NCBI GenBank assembly: GCA_016933055.1
Contig: JAFGBS010000014.1
Location: 60,001 to 92,000, forward strand
Source of the DNA: Promethearchaeota archaeon
GTDB taxonomy: Archaea; Asgardarchaeota; Lokiarchaeia; Sigyniarchaeales; Promethearchaeaceae
DNA: 32,000 nucleotides
Reading direction: 5' to 3'
In this document: positions 27,249-32,000 of the stretch, piece after piece
How positions within the stretch are numbered: position 1 is the stretch's first letter
How the letters are laid out: every line of letters begins with the position of its first letter
Made by a program: the position numbers and the translations under genes
The notes under the pieces: model-generated
Databases searched by the model: none
What the model saw: only the letters and a program-made list of their open reading frames with translations
Told to the model about the DNA's origin: nothing

Positions 27249-27989
27249 TTAACCTTTATTTGGGAAATTCATGATAGCGTTTTCATAGTTAATAATCACC
27301 CGATTAATAACTGCGTTCGTTTCCAGTGGTTCGGGATAAATTGAAATATCTTCAGCATCTATCTCCATTATTTCTTTTGAATATGTGCCCGATTGAAATC
27401 CCCCAATTAACGCAATTATTTCTGCTGTTCCATTTTTAAGGAAATTGAATATTTCATTTTGAGAGATTAAGGTTCCTTTCGAGGTAAACCTCAAAATTTT
27501 TTCGGGATTTAACATTTTGATCAATCCTCGCAAATTCACCCTAATGTTGTTCATTAATATGTTTCCATGATTATTACTGGAAGAATTTTGAGATTCTTGA
27601 GAATTTTTCACAGGAGTTTTTATTGCTTGGATCTTTTTTTCATTCAACAATTGGTACATCAATCCCTTGTAACGAATGTAATCTTTGGGAGGCCGAAGGA
27701 TTGGATTTACTTCATAAACATTATCATCGTAGGTATGAAAATACATTCGTAATTGCTTTTGCTTATTTATGGGACTGGTTAGACACGATAAAAGGTATTG
27801 ATGCAGGATATCTGGTCTTCCACGTTTCTCATTATCGGGCAAATTTTTCATAAAAGAATGATGCAAAGCAATATCAAGAATGCGTCCCGGATTTCCAAAT
27901 TTCTTGGCATTATTCAGCACAGATGGATGTCCACGATATCTACTAGGAACTATTTCTAATGCAGTTTCAACTAAAATTAAGTTTAACAT
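27249..27989 (-). CDS. nep1: SSU rRNA pseudouridine N1-methyltransferase Nep1/Emg1 (SPOUT)
   Basis: LILVETALEIVP; ILDIALHH; RGRPDILHQYLL; RPPKDYIRYKGLM; IGGFQSG. Confidence 0.92.
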   Translation of the reverse strand: MLNLILVETALEIVPSRYRGHPSVLNNAKKFGNPGRILDIALHHSFMKNLPDNEKRGRPDILHQYLLSCLTSPINKQKQLRMYFHTYDDNVYEVNPILRPPKDYIRYKGLMYQLLNEKKIQAIKTPVKNSQESQNSSSNNHGNILMNNIRVNLRGLIKMLNPEKILRFTSKGTLISQNEIFNFLKNGTAEIIALIGGFQSGTYSKEIMEIDAEDISIYPEPLETNAVINRVIINYENAIMNFPNKG

Positions 27990-28012
27990 TATAATCCTTA
28001 CGTTTTCGATTT

Positions 28013-28447
28013 TTAAGTAGATTTTTGCTTAAAATATATATGAATAGTTTTGTTACAATTTAAACACGTAATTACGTAACGAGATCCTCTCTTTTTCCTT
28101 GATTGTATACGATGTCTACTAGATACTCCTGGGATGAGCAATTTCTTACATCTATGGCAGATCATCTTCTTATATTTAGTAGGAATACTGACTTTTGCAG
28201 ACATGGAATACTTCCGAGCTAAATCTACGTAACGATTTGCAAATTCGGAATTTTTCGAATAGATAACAATGGCGTTTTCCATTAGATATTCTATACGTTC
28301 TAATGCAAGTTTTTGGATTATTGTGTTTTGTTTTCGAAACCGACTGGGTTTTCTACGTTTTCTTCTTAAAACTTGCTTGGTTTTTTTCTTTTGTGCGGAT
28401 CTTGGGGTTGGTTTAGTAATTTTTGAATTATTGCTGTTTAGCTCCAT
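28013..28447 (-). CDS. rnp4: Ribonuclease P protein component 4 (Rpp21/Rpr2) with basic N-terminal extension
   Basis: ALERIEYL; RYVDLARK; CHRC...LIPG; ITCLNC zinc ribbon. Confidence 0.92.
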   Translation of the reverse strand: MELNSNNSKITKPTPRSAQKKKTKQVLRRKRRKPSRFRKQNTIIQKLALERIEYLMENAIVIYSKNSEFANRYVDLARKYSMSAKVSIPTKYKKMICHRCKKLLIPGVSSRHRIQSRKKRGSRYVITCLNCNKTIHIYFKQKST

Positions 28448-28459
28448 TTTTAATCTATT

Positions 28460-28717
28460 TTATTTGGGCTTTTCTGAAAGGATTACCGAAGATCCACGGA
28501 TCTCAATTACTTCAAAATTTGTATCCGAAAGTAGATCTGAAATTAAATTTTTTATGGAATAATCGGAAGATAATGCTGTTTTAAGAACCTTTATTTTAAG
28601 GAATCTATAACGCTTAATATTTTGAGAAATTTCTTTCTTAATCCCTGAATTTACCCCATTCTTTCCAATTATGATTCTCGCTTTATTTTTACGAACCTCT
28701 TGCAACTCCATCGGCAT
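28460..28717 (-). CDS. YhbY/CRM-domain RNA-binding protein
   Basis: IIIGKNGV; LKIKVLK; IEIRG-SSVIL; adjacent to rnp4 and rps19e. Confidence 0.85.
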   Translation of the reverse strand: MPMELQEVRKNKARIIIGKNGVNSGIKKEISQNIKRYRFLKIKVLKTALSSDYSIKNLISDLLSDTNFEVIEIRGSSVILSEKPK

Positions 28718-28870
28718 AATCTCCGTGCTACGTCTGCTTTGTATAAGTTAAGATAGTTTATTAATTCCCATGGTACGGATCCTATTATCTGCGAAAGAAG
28801 AGAAAAAATTTTATTCTATATTGCATTGGAGGGATCATCTCAGATTAATGTAGGTAAAATTGATTCAATA

Positions 28871-29335
28871 ATGTCCAGTACAAGTGTATCAGTCTTTGAT
28901 GTGTTTCCCATTGACTTAATAAAAGCGGTTGCAGAGAAATTAAAAACAATCCCGGGTATAACTCCACCAGAACAATCTAAATTCTGGAAAACCGCGAGCT
29001 TTAAGGAGAAATCTCCCATAGATCAAGAGAATTTTTGGTATGTCCGATGTGCATCCTTACTTCGAAAACTTTACGTCCGTAACGAAATAGGTGTGAATAA
29101 ACTTCGAAAAGAATATGGGGGAAGAGACAAAAATCACATGCATAAGAAACACAAACAACCTGGATCAGGGGCAATAATTAGAAGATGCTTACAACAACTT
29201 CAGAATGTGGATTTAGTAAAAACTACTGAGAAAGGTAGAGCTTTAAGCCCAGCTGGAGTATCTCTTCTAGATAAAACCGCATTAGAGATCTACAAAGAAA
29301 ATCCAATATCACGGTTTACTGAACTCTCAGAATAA
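28871..29335 (+). CDS. rps19e: Ribosomal protein S19e (eS19)
   Basis: FWYVRCASLLRKLY; IGVNKLRKEYGG; GSGAIIRRCLQQL; GRALSPAG. ATG 28871 preferred over TTG 28826. Confidence 0.96.
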   Translation: MSSTSVSVFDVFPIDLIKAVAEKLKTIPGITPPEQSKFWKTASFKEKSPIDQENFWYVRCASLLRKLYVRNEIGVNKLRKEYGGRDKNHMHKKHKQPGSGAIIRRCLQQLQNVDLVKTTEKGRALSPAGVSLLDKTALEIYKENPISRFTELSE

Positions 29336-29359
29336 AAGATTAATCGGAAGCTGCATACC

Positions 29360-29713
29360 ATGTCAGATGAGGAATTAGATAAAATTCGGCAGAAACGATT
29401 AGAAGAATTAAGAAGGAAACAAGCTCAACATCAGCATTATGAAAATATACAGAGACAACAAGAGGAGTTTGAGCAACAGAAAGAAGAAATTTTACGTCAA
29501 ATTTTATCTAGTGAAGCACGATCACGGCTTTTAAATTTACGGATTAGTCGTCCAGATTATGCAGAATCCATAGAAATGCAGTTAATTCAATTATTCCAAC
29601 AAGGAGTACTCCAATCGCAGATGAATTTACCCTTATCTGATGAAACCTTTAAATCAATTCTCAAAAAAAGTCAAGAAAAGCAGAAGAGAAACACAAAAAT
29701 TAAAATTATTTAA
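29360..29713 (+). CDS. PDCD5-like DNA-binding protein
   Basis: DEELDKIRQKRLEEL; ILRQILSSEARSRLLNL; canonical position after rps19e. Confidence 0.93.
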   Translation: MSDEELDKIRQKRLEELRRKQAQHQHYENIQRQQEEFEQQKEEILRQILSSEARSRLLNLRISRPDYAESIEMQLIQLFQQGVLQSQMNLPLSDETFKSILKKSQEKQKRNTKIKII

Positions 29714-29739
29714 TGAATCACAAAAAAAGTGTAATAGAA

Positions 29740-29907
29740 ATGGCCACGGGAAGTAAACGAACTCTAGGTAAAAAAATTCGAAAGGCTAAGGCCCTACGAC
29801 AAAATAGAAACATGCCTACATGGATTGTAATGAAAAGTAAGGGAAAAGTGAGGTATAGTCCACACTCCAGAAGACACTGGCGATCCAGTAAGCTTGATCT
29901 CTCTTAA
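29740..29907 (+). CDS. rpl39e: Ribosomal protein L39e (eL39)
   Basis: KKIRKAKALRQNRNMPTWIVMK; RRHWRSSKL. Confidence 0.95.
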   Translation: MATGSKRTLGKKIRKAKALRQNRNMPTWIVMKSKGKVRYSPHSRRHWRSSKLDLS

Positions 29908-29918
29908 ACAAGGTGAAG

Positions 29919-30362
29919 ATGATGGCAAAGAAAAAATCAACTTCAAAAAAATCAGAATCTCCTGAAGTAGAAACCGATGAATTGGAAACCAGTGAACAGA
30001 TTGATTCTTTATCAATTGATGATGTTGCACAAGAATTAAGTGCCTTTGAAGAAGAACCCTCCGAAGTTGAACGGGAAATTTCTGCTGCAGAAGAAGAATT
30101 CGAGGAAGAGATTCAAGAAGAACGGATTTATACAATCCCTCTTGCAAGGGAATTTCAGAAAGCTCCAAATTGGAATCGAACAAAGCGTGCGATGAAGGTT
30201 CTAAGGAAATTCGTTACCCGACATATGAAACCCGAAGCATTATATATTTCACAAGAAGTAAATGAACTTTTATGGGAAAATGGAATTAAAAAACCACCAC
30301 GCAAAATTCGTGTTCGCGTCACGAAAAGCGTGGAAGGATTAGTAAGAGTATTTCCTGCATAA
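29919..30362 (+). CDS. rpl31e: Ribosomal protein L31e (eL31) with acidic N-terminal extension
   Basis: EERIYTIPL; RTKRAMKVLRKFVTRHMK; VNELLWENGIKKPPRKIRVRV. Confidence 0.95.
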   Translation: MMAKKKSTSKKSESPEVETDELETSEQIDSLSIDDVAQELSAFEEEPSEVEREISAAEEEFEEEIQEERIYTIPLAREFQKAPNWNRTKRAMKVLRKFVTRHMKPEALYISQEVNELLWENGIKKPPRKIRVRVTKSVEGLVRVFPA

Positions 30363-30388
30363 AATAAAATCGGAATCAAGGGGCTTTC

Positions 30389-31075
30389 ATGGGAATTTTA
30401 AAAGATAAATTGTTTGGTAGTGTTGATCTCGGTGTATACATGGCAATCAATAATAATTTTTTATTTATTCCTAGAAATACCCCTCCTGAAAAAATAGAAG
30501 CTTTTCACAAACCTTTCAATAACACAACTTCGGATTTTTCCATCGTTACTACTAGCATTAATCAAAGTTCCTTATTGGGTGTATACATAGCAACAAATTC
30601 TAATGGAATTCTTGTTCCTTCAATTATTTCAGAATCAGAATTAATGGAAATCACGGAATATAGTAAAACTTATGATGTACACATAGAAATCTTGGACTCT
30701 ACCGACAATGCCTTAGGTAATTTGATATTATGTAATAATTACGGATGTGTTATTTCTTCGGAATTAGCAGAAAATGTGAAAATAATACAAGAAGTTCTAG
30801 ATGTTGAGGTAATGATTCTTGATTATGCTCAAAATAAACTTCCGGGTTCATCGGGTGTTACAAATAATCATGGGTGCTGTGTTCATCCTCTCACCTCCGA
30901 AAAACAGGCAGAATTAATCGGAGAAGTATTAAGAGTGCCAGTTGATGTTTCCACTATTAATATGGGAAATCCATATGTTCGAGCGGGTTCAATTGTAAAT
31001 GATTTCGGTGGAATTTTCGGGTATGATTCCTCTGGTCCTGAACTCATGAGGATTTCAAATGTATTGAACCTTTGA
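30389..31075 (+). CDS. eif6: Translation initiation factor 6 (aIF6)
   Basis: LGVYMAINN; ATNSNGILVP; ALGNLILCNNYG; GSIVNDFG. Confidence 0.95.
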   Translation: MGILKDKLFGSVDLGVYMAINNNFLFIPRNTPPEKIEAFHKPFNNTTSDFSIVTTSINQSSLLGVYIATNSNGILVPSIISESELMEITEYSKTYDVHIEILDSTDNALGNLILCNNYGCVISSELAENVKIIQEVLDVEVMILDYAQNKLPGSSGVTNNHGCCVHPLTSEKQAELIGEVLRVPVDVSTINMGNPYVRAGSIVNDFGGIFGYDSSGPELMRISNVLNL

Positions 31076-31376
31076 ATGGCCGAATTATCTTAGTTCCATT
31101 TAATTAATTATAATCTTACTCTATTAACTTATTTTTAAGCTCACGAGTCGTTTTAGGAACCTATTTTCCTCAAATCTAATGAAGGTCGATCCCGAACTAA
31201 ATATAATTTACCGATTTAGTTAAAAAACTCTGCCATCCCGTGAGATCTTTTGGTAAAACGGAGAAGAAGAACGGAAGAGATTCAAGTTTTCCTACTGAGA
31301 ACTGTCGTAAATAAAATCGAGAATAAAATTGATAAAGTATCTAATCTTTTTCTTTTCAAACCAGGAAAGTTGAACG

Positions 31377-31610
31377 ATGTCAAAAGTAAAAGTATTCCGT
31401 GTAGAAGGAGAATATACCAAAGAACACCAACGATATGTGTTTCGAAAGGAAAAGAGAGCACTGACCAAAGAAGAAGCGATAGAACTCGTTCTATCAGAAA
31501 TTACCTCAATCGGAATTTATCGCCGCCAAATTAAGAACCTTGCAGTAAAAGAACTTAAGGAAAATGAGATTAAAGATCCTTTAATATTACAGCTGATGGA
31601 GAATCAATAA
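31377..31610 (+). CDS. rpl18a: Ribosomal protein LX (L18Ae/eL20)
   Basis: KVFRVEG; FRKEKRALTKEEAIELVLSEI; RRQIK; position between eif6 and prefoldin. Confidence 0.85.
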   Translation: MSKVKVFRVEGEYTKEHQRYVFRKEKRALTKEEAIELVLSEITSIGIYRRQIKNLAVKELKENEIKDPLILQLMENQ

Positions 31611-31626
31611 AAATTGTGATCAATTT

Positions 31627-32000
31627 ATGACTGAATCCCCCGATTATCAACAGCTTCTTGTGCATGCCTATAATCTTCAAATGCAATTACAAGCCTCCAT
31701 GAATGAATTATCTCAAGTAGAAAATATGCTTGAAGGACTCTCTCTCACTAATGAAGTAATTGATGGGCTAAATGAGGCACCTCCCAATCAGGAAATAATA
31801 CTTCCCATAGGAAGTTACGCCTATATAAAAGCTAAGATACCGAATCCTGATAATTTCCTAATTCATATAGGACGAAAAACAGTCGTAGAGCGTGATTCCA
31901 AACAATCTTTGGATCTCATTCGAAAAAAACGAGATCAATTTCAAAAACAAAAGGATACACTAAAAAAAATTGTTGATGAACTTACGCAGAAATTGAAAGA
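31627..32000 (+). CDS. pfdA: Prefoldin subunit alpha (runs off the window end; not in the ORF track)
   Basis: Manual translation from ATG 31627: MTESPDYQQLL...QEIILPIGSYAYIKAKIPNPDNFLIHIGRKTVVER... with no stop; helix-hairpin-helix prefoldin layout. Confidence 0.9.
   Translation, partial: MTESPDYQQLLVHAYNLQMQLQASMNELSQVENMLEGLSLTNEVIDGLNEAPPNQEIILPIGSYAYIKAKIPNPDNFLIHIGRKTVVERDSKQSLDLIRKKRDQFQKQKDTLKKIVDELTQKLK

Noticed and set aside
27560-27630. Asn/Ser-rich insertion in Nep1 (KNSQESQNSSSNNHGN)
   Set aside because: Short low-complexity loop insertion with no intein or splicing motifs
1449-30379. Short overlapping or antisense ORFs in the track (e.g. 1449-1667, 6601-6867, 11467-11757, 21131-21490, 28269-28562, 29794-30183)
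   Set aside because: Shadow ORFs of longer, motif-supported genes, with no independent motifs
31250-31534. 94-aa ORF overlapping rpl18a in another frame
   Set aside because: TTG start, no motif, and it overlaps a well-supported ribosomal protein gene
1-32000. tRNA, rRNA, CRISPR array, transposase/integrase or intein
   Set aside because: No cloverleaf-like or rRNA-like segments, regularly spaced repeats, recombinase motifs or intein signatures seen by eye; a covariance-model scan was not possible

Overview
AT-rich, gene-dense archaeal chromosome segment, most likely from an Asgard (Lokiarchaeia-like) archaeon. Evidence: archaeal TFB, the rps19e-PDCD5-rpl39e-rpl31e-eIF6-LX-prefoldin cluster, BRE/TATA promoters and an Arf/Rag-like small GTPase; the taxon call is an inference. 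The window holds core genes (tfb, mobB/moaB/moaD, rnz, nep1, rnp4, yhbY, ribosomal cluster), two ABC systems, a corrinoid protein and several unusual proteins. No rRNA, tRNA, CRISPR array or mobile element was seen. The most interesting items are: (1) a 552-aa protein with two segments resembling alpha-SNAP (NSF attachment protein), downstream of a ubiquitin-like gene; (2) a convergent SDR carrying the PPDTDTPGFAEEN signature of 3-ketodihydrosphingosine reductase (KDSR), translationally coupled to a small 4-TM protein; (3) an Arf/Rag-hybrid GTPase with N- and C-terminal extensions; (4) a 937-aa TrmB-like regulator with a ~700-aa 11-residue-periodic helical insert, upstream of a TFB variant whose promoter has an operator-like inverted repeat; (5) a membrane-anchored M23-type peptidase; (6) a PIN-TPR protein. 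All family calls come from motif recognition by eye and comparison with remembered reference sequences; no database searches were run.
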